A stretch of DNA of 64,000 bases from a virus. This document shows, in pieces, positions 48,213 to 57,128 of the stretch; position 1 is the first letter of the stretch; the number at the start of each line of letters is the position of its first letter. Both the position numbers and the translations under genes were made by a program. Under the pieces are notes generated by a model, which was given only the letters and a program-made list of their open reading frames with translations, had not been told where the DNA came from and searched no databases. The stretch is taken from positions 1-64,000 of the IMG/VR virus record IMGVR_UViG_3300023196_003770, one strand, 5' to 3'.

Positions 48213-48482
48213 TCATGGAATCCCAGGAGTATATGGAGCTATTCCTGGCGCTGTTACCACAACAACTCCGGTCCCTGCTCCTGTAAATGCTCCAGGTGTC
48301 ACCAAAAACGTTTTCAATATTGTTAGCTCATTAACAACGTAAGCCGCAACTGCTTCAGATATGGCGGTTGATATCGTGTCTATCTGTGCATTCCCGGTTC
48401 CCGTATTACCTTCAGCTTTACCAAGTTCAGATTGCAATATTGATTTAATTGTATTTTTCATTGCTGCTTTTGACATAATCAT
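48213..48482 (-). CDS. small baseplate-associated protein (possible spike tip)
   Basis: 89-aa ORF between the gp5-like and gp25-like genes; Gly/Pro/Ala-rich C-terminus. Confidence 0.55.
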   Translation of the reverse strand: MIMSKAAMKNTIKSILQSELGKAEGNTGTGNAQIDTISTAISEAVAAYVVNELTILKTFLVTPGAFTGAGTGVVVVTAPGIAPYTPGIP

Positions 48483-50191
48483 TCTCCATATATTTTTGTA
48501 GATTTGACCGTATTGTTATACGTATTTTTAATTTTATCATCAGCCTCTGTTATAGTTTGATCTAAGTTAGAAAACTGCACCTGATCTCTTAATGCATTGT
48601 TAGCCAAAGCATAAAGTGATGGTATGTTTGAATATGGAACCCCAATTGCAGTTTGAAAAGCAGTTTCTAAAGTTTCTTCAAGAGTTTTTATGTGATCTCT
48701 TAAAGAATTGATTTGATCTTGTAACGTTTCTATCGTTTGTTTATATACGGAGTATCTAACATATGGCTGCGATAAATCTCCTGCTCTTCCAAGATATATT
48801 TCGTTTGCCTCAACTTGAAGCTTGCCTTGTTTATTAAGATATATGTAAGCCAAGTTTCCGTCCGGAACTGTTGGTAACGTATCTGGATCTGCTGATATAC
48901 TATTAGAGTTAAACTTTCCTTCACGAATTATAAGAACAGTCCCAGGAATATTTTCGCTGGCAGCAGTTTGCGGTTCCCTGCGAGCAATTATACGTATATG
49001 ATCTGCCTTATTAACAACATAACTTCTACCTAATGTTCCATTCTCAACCGGTTGCTCATTTGCAAGACATTCTGGAGGATAAGATATCCCTCGAGTTCCG
49101 TTAAAAACTAAACCATAATTTTCATCAACACGACTTTGTTGAACAACATATACTCTCGCAGCATCAAATATTGGATTAGGATTTCCTTCATTAGTATTGG
49201 CTATAGATTCACGTGAGTTTCTAAAAGGATTTTTATCTGTTTCTTTATAACCACGTATATTATCAATTATTAATGGCGCATTTGAAGAAGGACCGGAAGG
49301 ATTGCCAACATATGATTTGGGATCATTTCCAGTTTCTGGCAGATATCTACCTCGTCCAACTACGATATCAATTGCGGCTGCTTGTCTTGGAGCTCCACCA
49401 AGTTTTATAGTGTCAACAGGATTTTCGTTAATCGCACCATCAATTGGTCCATTCCGATCTTCGCCTAACATTATCAATGCATTGTTGGCTCCTTGTAATA
49501 CTAACTCTTGAGGGCGTTTCTTCCATCTTGGAACCGGTTCGGGCGTAACAAATGCAGTTGCACGGGCTTCATTGAATATGGCATCATAAGGATTTTCTGC
49601 CATGTTTCTTTCATTGACTGGCAATGTCGCAGTATCTATACTATTGCCACCATTTTGAAAAGTTTCAGGACCGTTGCCTGCATTTCTGTTAGTTATCTCC
49701 CTTGTGGTATATGTGCCTTCGTTAATAGTAGGATCATATCTTCTGTCATGATGAGTGTAGTTTGGATCCTCATAAGTTCCATATCCGGATACTCTGGACA
49801 TCCAATAACCAACCTTTGTTCCCAATCCTTGCATGTCTTCATATATGACATATACCTGTTCTCCAGGCATAACAGGTAACATGAAATGAGAAGAATAAAA
49901 TGGGAATAATATTGTATTAGAATTTGAACCGTTGCCATCATTAGATGACACCATTCTAGCAATAATACAATTAACAGACATAACATCAAGCAACTCCGCA
50001 TTGTTAATGGTTGCGGTTAATGCTTCTTTGTATTCTTCAGTTATAAGAGATAAATCGGTTATAACATCTACAACAACAGCTCTTTGTAATGTTGGAGTTT
50101 GACCGGAAGTTAATGTTTGCGCTGTTAACGCAGCATTAATACCTGCTGCACCCATCAAACTACGGGATATATTTGTTCCGGCTCTGGGCAT
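48479..50191 (-). CDS. baseplate hub/spike protein (gp5-like OB fold)
   Basis: AVVVDV...FP....F.LPV.PGEQVYV...YW.SR OB-fold pattern; ELVLQG.NN..I.LG; position upstream of the gp25/gp6-like genes. Confidence 0.65.
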   Translation of the reverse strand: MPRAGTNISRSLMGAAGINAALTAQTLTSGQTPTLQRAVVVDVITDLSLITEEYKEALTATINNAELLDVMSVNCIIARMVSSNDGNGSNSNTILFPFYSSHFMLPVMPGEQVYVIYEDMQGLGTKVGYWMSRVSGYGTYEDPNYTHHDRRYDPTINEGTYTTREITNRNAGNGPETFQNGGNSIDTATLPVNERNMAENPYDAIFNEARATAFVTPEPVPRWKKRPQELVLQGANNALIMLGEDRNGPIDGAINENPVDTIKLGGAPRQAAAIDIVVGRGRYLPETGNDPKSYVGNPSGPSSNAPLIIDNIRGYKETDKNPFRNSRESIANTNEGNPNPIFDAARVYVVQQSRVDENYGLVFNGTRGISYPPECLANEQPVENGTLGRSYVVNKADHIRIIARREPQTAASENIPGTVLIIREGKFNSNSISADPDTLPTVPDGNLAYIYLNKQGKLQVEANEIYLGRAGDLSQPYVRYSVYKQTIETLQDQINSLRDHIKTLEETLETAFQTAIGVPYSNIPSLYALANNALRDQVQFSNLDQTITEADDKIKNTYNNTVKSTKIYGE

Positions 50192-50238
50192 ATTCTATAG
50201 ATATAAGCTAAAACAATTTTTGAATTATGGCTTCTTTA

Positions 50239-51531
50239 TTATACGCCGTATTTGGCTATTCCAAGCAACTGATTAACAGGAGCAAATGCTCCAGTAAACT
50301 TGTATAGCTTTCCATTGTATTTAAAAGCTATGCCTTCCATGGAACTTGTAACGTTATCAATGCTACCAAGTTGGGTTAACTCTCTTTCCATTACTTCTTT
50401 AGCTTCAGCAGTTCCTGCCGATTTAATCTTTTCTATCGCCTGCGTGACACTTTGCTTAAGTCTCTGTATTTCTTGATTTGGGTTTATTACAAGATAGCTT
50501 TCAACAGCTTTTAATATCTCAATCGCAAACCCCTTTACAATATCTCTTACCGGCTCAACTAACATCTTATAAAATGCTACGTTTTGCCTTATAAGCTCAA
50601 GAACTTTTGGTGCATCTTCTTTTTGCAATAACCCTTCAGCAACTAAATCTTTTATTACAGGTTTTTTACTGGTAATGTTGGTATCAAAATCAGAAACCAA
50701 TCCGGCAATATAGCTTTTCGTATCATCGTCTGCAACAACGTCTTTTAGCTTATGTGTAAGAACATACTCTTCAACCATATCTCCTAATGAGTTGTCATTG
50801 CTCATATTATTCTTATTCATAATTTCGTTTAAAGAAGCTAATGCGTGTTCAAGCGGTTCATTGTTTGAAAGCTTTTGTAATGAAACCATTACCGGTCCCA
50901 GGACTTTCCAACCGGTATCTTTAATAGCCGTCTGCATACGATTAACAGAGGCAATCAATTTGGCAAAGTTGGCGCTGGCATCTATAGCTAATGGTTCGCC
51001 ATTCTCGTCATACACTGTGCCACTCTCATGAAACACAACAGCGTCTTGATCATAATTTATGACATTCGGATTTATTGTTCCAACTATTTCTGCTGAATAC
51101 CAAATCTTACCATTATTGAATATAGCTTCACGATCCTCCGGGGAGAGCACCGCAACACCGGCAGATAATACCTTATAAGCTTTACCAAATGCACGGGCTA
51201 CTAAAGGTTTATCCGCCCAACGACTTTCAATATCGTCAGCTCCCATTCCATTTGTTTTAATATGAGCAGTATTACGAGCAAATCTCAATCCTTCATTTGG
51301 ATTGAATGTAAAAAACACATTCTGACCATCAAGCTTTTCAGAAGAACTTTCAAGCTTGCCCTTACTGGCTTGATGAAATATTGCTTTTAATTCTCCAAAA
51401 GTTAAATCGGAATCTTCATATAAATGAGACATATGCCCACCAAGACCACCTTCTTGCATTTGTTCCATTATGGCGGGTAACAAAACAGTCTTAATGTTAG
51501 CAATAACTTTTTGTCTTTTTACTGAGCTCAT
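50239..51531 (-). CDS. ATP-dependent ligase-fold nucleotidyltransferase (RNA-ligase-like)
   Basis: Motif I EKLDGQN, III AEIVG, IIIa VVFH, IV EGIAF, V LYKF; N-terminal GG.GGHM.H. Confidence 0.6.
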   Translation of the reverse strand: MSSVKRQKVIANIKTVLLPAIMEQMQEGGLGGHMSHLYEDSDLTFGELKAIFHQASKGKLESSSEKLDGQNVFFTFNPNEGLRFARNTAHIKTNGMGADDIESRWADKPLVARAFGKAYKVLSAGVAVLSPEDREAIFNNGKIWYSAEIVGTINPNVINYDQDAVVFHESGTVYDENGEPLAIDASANFAKLIASVNRMQTAIKDTGWKVLGPVMVSLQKLSNNEPLEHALASLNEIMNKNNMSNDNSLGDMVEEYVLTHKLKDVVADDDTKSYIAGLVSDFDTNITSKKPVIKDLVAEGLLQKEDAPKVLELIRQNVAFYKMLVEPVRDIVKGFAIEILKAVESYLVINPNQEIQRLKQSVTQAIEKIKSAGTAEAKEVMERELTQLGSIDNVTSSMEGIAFKYNGKLYKFTGAFAPVNQLLGIAKYGV

Positions 51532-52010
51532 TGTTTCATACCTGTTGTTTTTTGAATTTTGTCATATATGTCTTCTTCAGACATCATATCATCTAAGTCT
51601 TCTTCGCTTGCCTTAGATACCAATTCAGTTAACTTAAGTATTTGATCATTTGCCTTACTCATACGTTCCATGTAACGAGATAAGTTTTGACCATGAATAG
51701 CGTGCTCATTAGGGTTCGCATGGACATAACCATAAAGGTCTATCCACATGATGTAGGCATTCTTACGGTCTTGCACCGAGTTCTCATAGATTTGCTTCCA
51801 GAGCGCCTTCTGCTTATCTTCTACAGATGATATCTGATTAAGAAGAGAAGAAAAATCATGGAGCTGTTGATTAATCTTATTGTCCAATTCATCTATATTT
51901 GGACGACGAAATCCAACCTCTAATCCAGTTGTGTCAGGTTCTTCTGGAGGAGTAGATAGCTCAAATGATGGAGCGGCGGGTTGATAAACAGGTATATTTT
52001 TCTTTGCCAT
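51528..52010 (-). CDS. hypothetical protein (start moved to ATG 52010)
   Basis: Helical ORF; ATATATTTA motif 5 nt upstream of the in-frame ATG at 52010. Confidence 0.7.
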   Translation of the reverse strand: MAKKNIPVYQPAAPSFELSTPPEEPDTTGLEVGFRRPNIDELDNKINQQLHDFSSLLNQISSVEDKQKALWKQIYENSVQDRKNAYIMWIDLYGYVHANPNEHAIHGQNLSRYMERMSKANDQILKLTELVSKASEEDLDDMMSEEDIYDKIQKTTGMKQ

Positions 52011-52015
52011 ATCCC

Positions 52016-52024
52016 TAAATATAT
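52016..52024 (-). promoter_or_regulatory. putative phage late-promoter motif ATATATTTA
   Basis: Exact copy, 5 nt upstream of an ATG. Confidence 0.5.
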
Positions 52025-52057
52025 AAAGGTATACCACTTATTTCTATAATCAAATAT

Positions 52058-52089
52058 ATTGATAAGTGGAACGCTACCAATTAGAGAAG
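52058..52089. repeat. 32-bp direct repeat, copy 2
   Basis: Identical to 19925-19956; lies immediately downstream of the sigma-like gene stop codon. Confidence 0.9.
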
Positions 52090-52091
52090 CT

Positions 52092-52931
52092 CTATATACT
52101 AAACTCGTCGCTGTTCTTTACATCACGATAATGTCTCTTAAGAGAACTCAATACAATTGATAGCTGTTTAGAACTAAGAGTTGTGAGTTCCCTTACATAG
52201 AGTAATATCGCCCTCTTACTTAAAAGATCAACGTCTTCAAGATTACTAATAAGAACTTTAATAGCATTAACTACCATTTTTTCATTATCTGTCTTAGTCT
52301 TGTCCTCTATAGCAGCAACAAGCTTAATCAGATAATCGTGAGTATTGACTATAGTATAAAGTTCTTCAAATCCAGGTTGAAACTGTTGCGTCTCAATCTG
52401 TTCAACGTCTTCCTTAGATAAATTATCACGATCATCTATTGAGATATAATTCTGAACACGTTTGATGTTCTGTTTACTCTTAATAGTTAACCAGTTTTTA
52501 GCTACAACGTTGAAATAAGAAAATGCTTTACTACCCTTTTCAGCGTTAAACTTCTCTACAGCAGAATATAGGAACTGTAAACACTCATGCTTAAGGTCTT
52601 GCTTACTCTCATATATTACTGAAAAGCCATAGACGTTTATCAGATTTTCTACAAGGCTATCAAAGGCAGGAAGTATCTCCTTTACGTAAACCTTTTTCTT
52701 TTTTTCCGTATCGGCTTCCTGCTGATAGATTATAATTTGTTCTTGTGTTTTTTCTGTAAAATAATTGATAAGGGTAGGTTGATCGCCTTTACGTTTAATC
52801 TTCCTTCTGCCTTTTTTTTCTAAAATACCAATTGGAGGTATGGAATCGGTACGTGGAGCTACCGTTAATAAGTCACCAATATCATTAATTTCTGCTGATA
52901 TATCAACGGTTGAAGTCTTGCGTATTCTCAT
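52092..52931 (-). CDS. phage sigma factor (T4 gp55-like, late transcription)
   Basis: NYFT..T...I..Y; DL..E....L.....KFN.EKGSKAFSYF..VAKN region-2 pattern. Confidence 0.75.
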   Translation of the reverse strand: MRIRKTSTVDISAEINDIGDLLTVAPRTDSIPPIGILEKKGRRKIKRKGDQPTLINYFTEKTQEQIIIYQQEADTEKKKKVYVKEILPAFDSLVENLINVYGFSVIYESKQDLKHECLQFLYSAVEKFNAEKGSKAFSYFNVVAKNWLTIKSKQNIKRVQNYISIDDRDNLSKEDVEQIETQQFQPGFEELYTIVNTHDYLIKLVAAIEDKTKTDNEKMVVNAIKVLISNLEDVDLLSKRAILLYVRELTTLSSKQLSIVLSSLKRHYRDVKNSDEFSI

Positions 52932-53310
52932 CTAACATTTCTCCTCGGAGTATACGCTCTCTCATTATTCTCTCTTGCAATTCACGAATATTAGGTTCTT
53001 CTTCAACAACCATGTTATATTTTTGTTTGCTACGATCAACAAATTTAAGAGCCACACGATTAACAGCCATTTTATTTTTCTTAATCTCTGCCATGGCTTC
53101 ATGAACAACCATTTGAACTTCTTTGCTATCAAAGAATAATTTCATTTCTAAAATTTTATCTAATGCCTGTTCGGTATCCTCTAATGCCTCTACAGCATCA
53201 GAAAAATCATCTTCAATAATCATGATAATCCGTGCAAAACGAATTAGATAAAATAATGATGAAATTAGTAGAAATAATAATACCAGAGTTATTAATCCAA
53301 ATATAATCAT
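52903..53310 (-). CDS. membrane-anchored hypothetical protein
   Basis: N-terminal hydrophobic helix followed by a charged helical region. Confidence 0.7.
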   Translation of the reverse strand: MIIFGLITLVLLFLLISSLFYLIRFARIIMIIEDDFSDAVEALEDTEQALDKILEMKLFFDSKEVQMVVHEAMAEIKKNKMAVNRVALKFVDRSKQKYNMVVEEEPNIRELQERIMRERILRGEMLDENTQDFNR

Positions 53311-54503
53311 CCTAATACTTCCTTAAGTGCTTCTGTGTATTGAGCAGCTACTGCCTCATAAGAATATTCCTTCTTAAGAGTTGCAGCTAAATCTTTAGCC
53401 CATTGTTGAGGCATCTGTGGGCTTTCTACAAACTTCTTTACACGATGCTTGAAATCGTCTTCTTTAACATTTGCCCACTTGGCTTTTTCCATCCAAATCT
53501 GATTATCAACTCGGGTTTGATGAATTTGCTCTAAACGATAGTCAAGCTTTACATACTTTCCTTTACCAAGGAACTCTGTATGGGCACTCCAGCCCGTAGC
53601 AATAACTGGAAGACCAGAAGCTGCTGCTTCAAGGATTGGAAGACCAAAACCTTCACCACGAGTTGGAGCAACAAGAGCCTTAATCTTTGGATGCCTATAA
53701 AGAGCAGCTACTTCATTATCACTCATATCTCCATGAAGAAGATAGAACTTTGGAAACTCTGCGCCTTTCTTAATCTCCATCGTAAGTTGCGCCAATAGAT
53801 TTGTAGTTCTAAGACGATCAACTACTGTATGACGCCCAGTATTTGTCTTTATTACAACGCCAACGTCTGGATTATCTTTGAACTGTTCTGCTAACCACTT
53901 AACCGTATAAAATATATTCTTACGATCATTTTCTGGATTATTACCAGTTATCTGTCCAAATACAAGAAAGTTAAAATCTGTCTTGAGTTCTAAATCAATT
54001 TCTGATAGCTCAGGTGTAGCTACAGCATCAATAAATGCTTCTGGAATAACAACAACCTTGGTCTTTACTTCGCCGCTATTTGCAAATACTTCCTTAACAA
54101 ACTCTGAAGGAACAATTATAAGATCCATGCGATTAATAGCTGATATCCATGCAGGATTACATACGTCGCCTTCAACACCTGCCGTTATTCCAACGTTATA
54201 GTCTGCAAGAAAAGGGTTCCATTCATTTGGTAACTGTAGCTGTAAAGAAACGTCATATTTATCTCTCTTGCCAGCAGCTTGCAATAAACGACCAATCAAT
54301 CCATCTTGAGCATATGCATCAACGTGCCAAGGAGTAGCGCCCCATGGAAGAGGCTCTGTAACAATATCAATATTTCCAGTCTTATCTGCCAAATCAAATA
54401 GCCAACGAGCTATCTGACGAGCATGAACTCCATAACCGCTAGCCGTTAATACTGGACCACGAAGAATTACTGTTTTCTTTGTCATTGCTATATCCCTTAT
54501 CAC
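53307..54503 (-). CDS. glycosyltransferase, GT-B / GT4 family
   Basis: SGYG.HAR, IIVPSEF, RKNI, TRGEGFGLPILEAAASGLPVIATGWS. Confidence 0.9.
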   Translation of the reverse strand: MIRDIAMTKKTVILRGPVLTASGYGVHARQIARWLFDLADKTGNIDIVTEPLPWGATPWHVDAYAQDGLIGRLLQAAGKRDKYDVSLQLQLPNEWNPFLADYNVGITAGVEGDVCNPAWISAINRMDLIIVPSEFVKEVFANSGEVKTKVVVIPEAFIDAVATPELSEIDLELKTDFNFLVFGQITGNNPENDRKNIFYTVKWLAEQFKDNPDVGVVIKTNTGRHTVVDRLRTTNLLAQLTMEIKKGAEFPKFYLLHGDMSDNEVAALYRHPKIKALVAPTRGEGFGLPILEAAASGLPVIATGWSAHTEFLGKGKYVKLDYRLEQIHQTRVDNQIWMEKAKWANVKEDDFKHRVKKFVESPQMPQQWAKDLAATLKKEYSYEAVAAQYTEALKEVLG

Positions 54504-56104
54504 TTAATATTGATCAACTTGTTAGCAGGAGCTGGATTAATACCGGTAAGCTTCCAACGCTTAAGAGCACCGGTTTCTTTCCTTGTCTTATAATCTTCTA
54601 CACACTTTAACATCGTATCATGCCAGCTTTGAACCATATTTTCATACTTGAACTCATGGTCAAGATATTCAGCAGCCTTCTCTCTAAACTCTGCCTTCTT
54701 CTCAGGCGTCCAACCATATACTTCCATAAAAGCATCTGCCACTTGACGTTCCGTGCAATAGTCTTCAAAGATATAAGGAACCATTTGTGAACCAACCAAT
54801 GAACGCTTTGCTGGTTCAATAGCAACGCCGTATTGATAACCATTGCGATAATCTTCTGCTTGACGTGTTTCGCCACCGGTCTTAAGAGCAATGATTGGCT
54901 TGCCAACCTGTAATGAAATAAGAGTAGAAAGACCAAACCCTTCATTCTTAGCTATGTTAACACAAACGTCTGCAAGGTTATGCATAACATTCATTTGTTC
55001 AAATTGAAGACGATCATTTGAGAACCAAACGTTATCGTTTAATCCAAGCATATCAGACACGGCAAGAAGATTTGGACCTTCCATATCATTTGGATCTGTA
55101 TGCATGATTAGTACTGCATTACGGTGTCCTTCTTTCTTCTCAAGGTCATCAAGAAAGGTCTTCCAACCAAGAAGAACATCGTTTGGCATTTTGCGTGTAG
55201 CATTACGATTAATCCAAAGAGCCTTAAACCAGTCAGCTTTTGCGCCAAAGTTCTGTTGCTTAAGATGATTAATTTGTTCTTCTGGAAGAGGGTTATAAAC
55301 CTGCTTTGGGAATGTATGGGGAATGTAGTTAGTCTTCTCTGGGAAATGAGGTTTAACCATTTCAAACGTTTTATATGAAAGGCAATTGATTAGATCGGTG
55401 CTTTCATACCATGGGAAGTTAAATGCTGGATATGGATCATTATCCCAAACGTGCCAATAGACGATTGGGCATACTTGATGGATTTCATCTTCCATTTCCC
55501 AAAGCCACGTAAACTGACGAGGATCTGTAAACAAGAAAATTGCGTCTGGTTGTTCTGTAATAAGAAGCTGACGAATGAGTTCCTTGCTTCCAAAGCCGTC
55601 TACAGGCTTTACAATGAAGTCAGGATTGACAGCTATCGTATCATACTTTGCGTGCTTCATAGCGCCGCCTAAGCAGCGGAATGACCATTGACCGGTCTTG
55701 ATAAGACCATCAATCAGGAAACGTGCTTGGACGCCTACACCCGAGGGAGCTACATAACTTATATTATTTCTAATATAACCAGACTATATCATCATATGAT
55801 TATCATATGCTGGGCGCTGTCGGATCATTACCATAAGCTTTTAAGCTTTTAGGTTAACCGTAGTCGTTGAACCTTTCTCACCGTTTCCGGACAGAGACTT
55901 GGCTGCTGATTGTCCAATCATCATATTTTTTAAACATTCACGTTTGTCGTTTCCAACTGCGTTGTAGTATATGATACTTAAGGAGTTTCCAGCAATTCAC
56001 CCAGTTTTACATCCACTAACTCAACTCAATGGATGATCACTTAACGTGATTACTTTATATTTCTTTTTGAAATTGAATGCGGTCAAGAAATCATTATCAC
56101 TCAT
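54500..56104 (-). CDS. glycosyltransferase, GT4 family; two exons (56104-56029 and 55752-54500), 442 aa after splicing
   Basis: Splicing gives MSDNDFLTAFNFKKKYKVITLSDHP-L-APSGVGVQAR..., in frame with the track ORF 54500..55660; motifs NRN..RK and EGFGLS.L.SL..GKPII. Confidence 0.9.
55753..56028 (-). mobile_element. group I intron, 276 nt, no internal ORF
   Basis: P1 exon CAUCCAU pairs with GUGGAUG (terminal U.G); P10 GAGUUA/UAGCUC; P3 CUGGGUG/CGCCCAG; P4 UUGCUG/CAGCAG; P7 GACUA/UAGUC; terminal G; removal restores the reading frame. Confidence 0.93.
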
Positions 56105-56969
56105 GTATAAAATCCTTTATTTTTTTTAGCATATCTTCTTTATTTTTTTGCATTTCATAAGCCCATACTATCATGATAGAATAACCTGCTTCTTTTATTA
56201 TGTTTTTTCTTTTTTCATCTGATAACCATATATCTTCAGCAGTTTTGTTTTTTACTTTATGAAAGTAATTTGCCGGATATAACTTTGGGTTTGCGTGCCA
56301 ATAATCGCCATGATATTCAATTATCTTATTTGAGTCTGGTAAAAGTATATCTGCAAAATATTTTACTTCTTTTATTGGTAGTTTTACTTCCAATTCTGCT
56401 GTTGAATTAATGCTTTGAACATAATCAAAAAGCTCTTGTTGTGGCTTTGATATTTTTCTGCGTTGAGCCAACATATATGCATTAGTGACTCCATATTTTT
56501 TACTCAAAGACGTTTTCTGTTTATCTTTTTGAGCTTTTGTAAGGCAGCGCCCAAACATGGGATTATTAGTTCCGGAAAATAAAACTTTCATATATTCTTT
56601 TTTACATTCCGAGCTGCATACTCTATGCTTTGCGGTTTTTTTATATCTCGGCGGATAATACATCTCAGTATCACAACAAAAACATTTAGCTACAAAACCA
56701 GATTTATCATTAGTATGAGATGTCCATTTGCTATAGGCTCCAATTAGAACATAGTGTTTTGAAGCACATGAACGATTACAAAAATTTCCTTTTTTATATC
56801 TAATACGTTCAAAGCTTTTTTTACAACATAGACAAGTTCTTGTTTCTAATATATTTTTATTACTTTTTTCTCTTCTGTTTTTACGATGTTTTACGAGACA
56901 GGCACGAGAACAAGTCTTTTTTTGAGGATTTCCTTCAAATTCTTTACGGCAGATATTACATGTATTCAT
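56097..56969 (-). CDS. free-standing putative homing endonuclease: zinc-ribbon repeats + NUMOD3-like + Vsr/DUF559-like nuclease domain
   Basis: Three CxxC...CSxxC repeats; GTNNPMFG; S.PQ..L, FADI....IIEYHGDYWH, D..R...GY....VW.YE. Confidence 0.85.
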   Translation of the reverse strand: MNTCNICRKEFEGNPQKKTCSRACLVKHRKNRREKSNKNILETRTCLCCKKSFERIRYKKGNFCNRSCASKHYVLIGAYSKWTSHTNDKSGFVAKCFCCDTEMYYPPRYKKTAKHRVCSSECKKEYMKVLFSGTNNPMFGRCLTKAQKDKQKTSLSKKYGVTNAYMLAQRRKISKPQQELFDYVQSINSTAELEVKLPIKEVKYFADILLPDSNKIIEYHGDYWHANPKLYPANYFHKVKNKTAEDIWLSDEKRKNIIKEAGYSIMIVWAYEMQKNKEDMLKKIKDFIHE

Positions 56970-56975
56970 ACACGA

Positions 56976-56984
56976 TAAATATAT
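56976..56984 (-). promoter_or_regulatory. putative phage late-promoter motif ATATATTTA carried by the endonuclease cassette
   Basis: Exact copy, 6 nt upstream of the endonuclease ATG. Confidence 0.5.
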
Positions 56985-56997
56985 GTGGAGTAAGAGT

Positions 56998-57063
56998 TCA
57001 CGTGATTACCTTATACTTCTTCTTAAAATTAAAAGGGGTGAGAAATGTGTTCTCTTCTGACAT
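56998..57063 (-). pseudogene. stranded original 5' end of the GT4 gene (MSEENTFLTPFNFKKKYKVIT*)
   Basis: SD AGGAG 6 nt upstream; 14 of the last 15 residues match the N-terminus encoded from 56104; ends at the shared GTAATCACGT. Confidence 0.88.
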
Positions 57064-57128
57064 TACTATCTCCTACTATGATGATGATATTTTCACTAAT
57101 AATGACGCATATGTTTAGAATTACAATA

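Noticed and set aside
54500-55660. Track ORF taken as the complete glycosyltransferase, or as a 5'-truncated pseudogene
   Set aside because: The frame continues upstream to the intron 3' splice site, and splicing restores a full N-terminus.
56054-56999. Endonuclease insert as a second group I/II intron or an IS element
   Set aside because: Only about 30 nt of non-coding sequence, no ribozyme core, no transposase motifs and no terminal inverted repeats.
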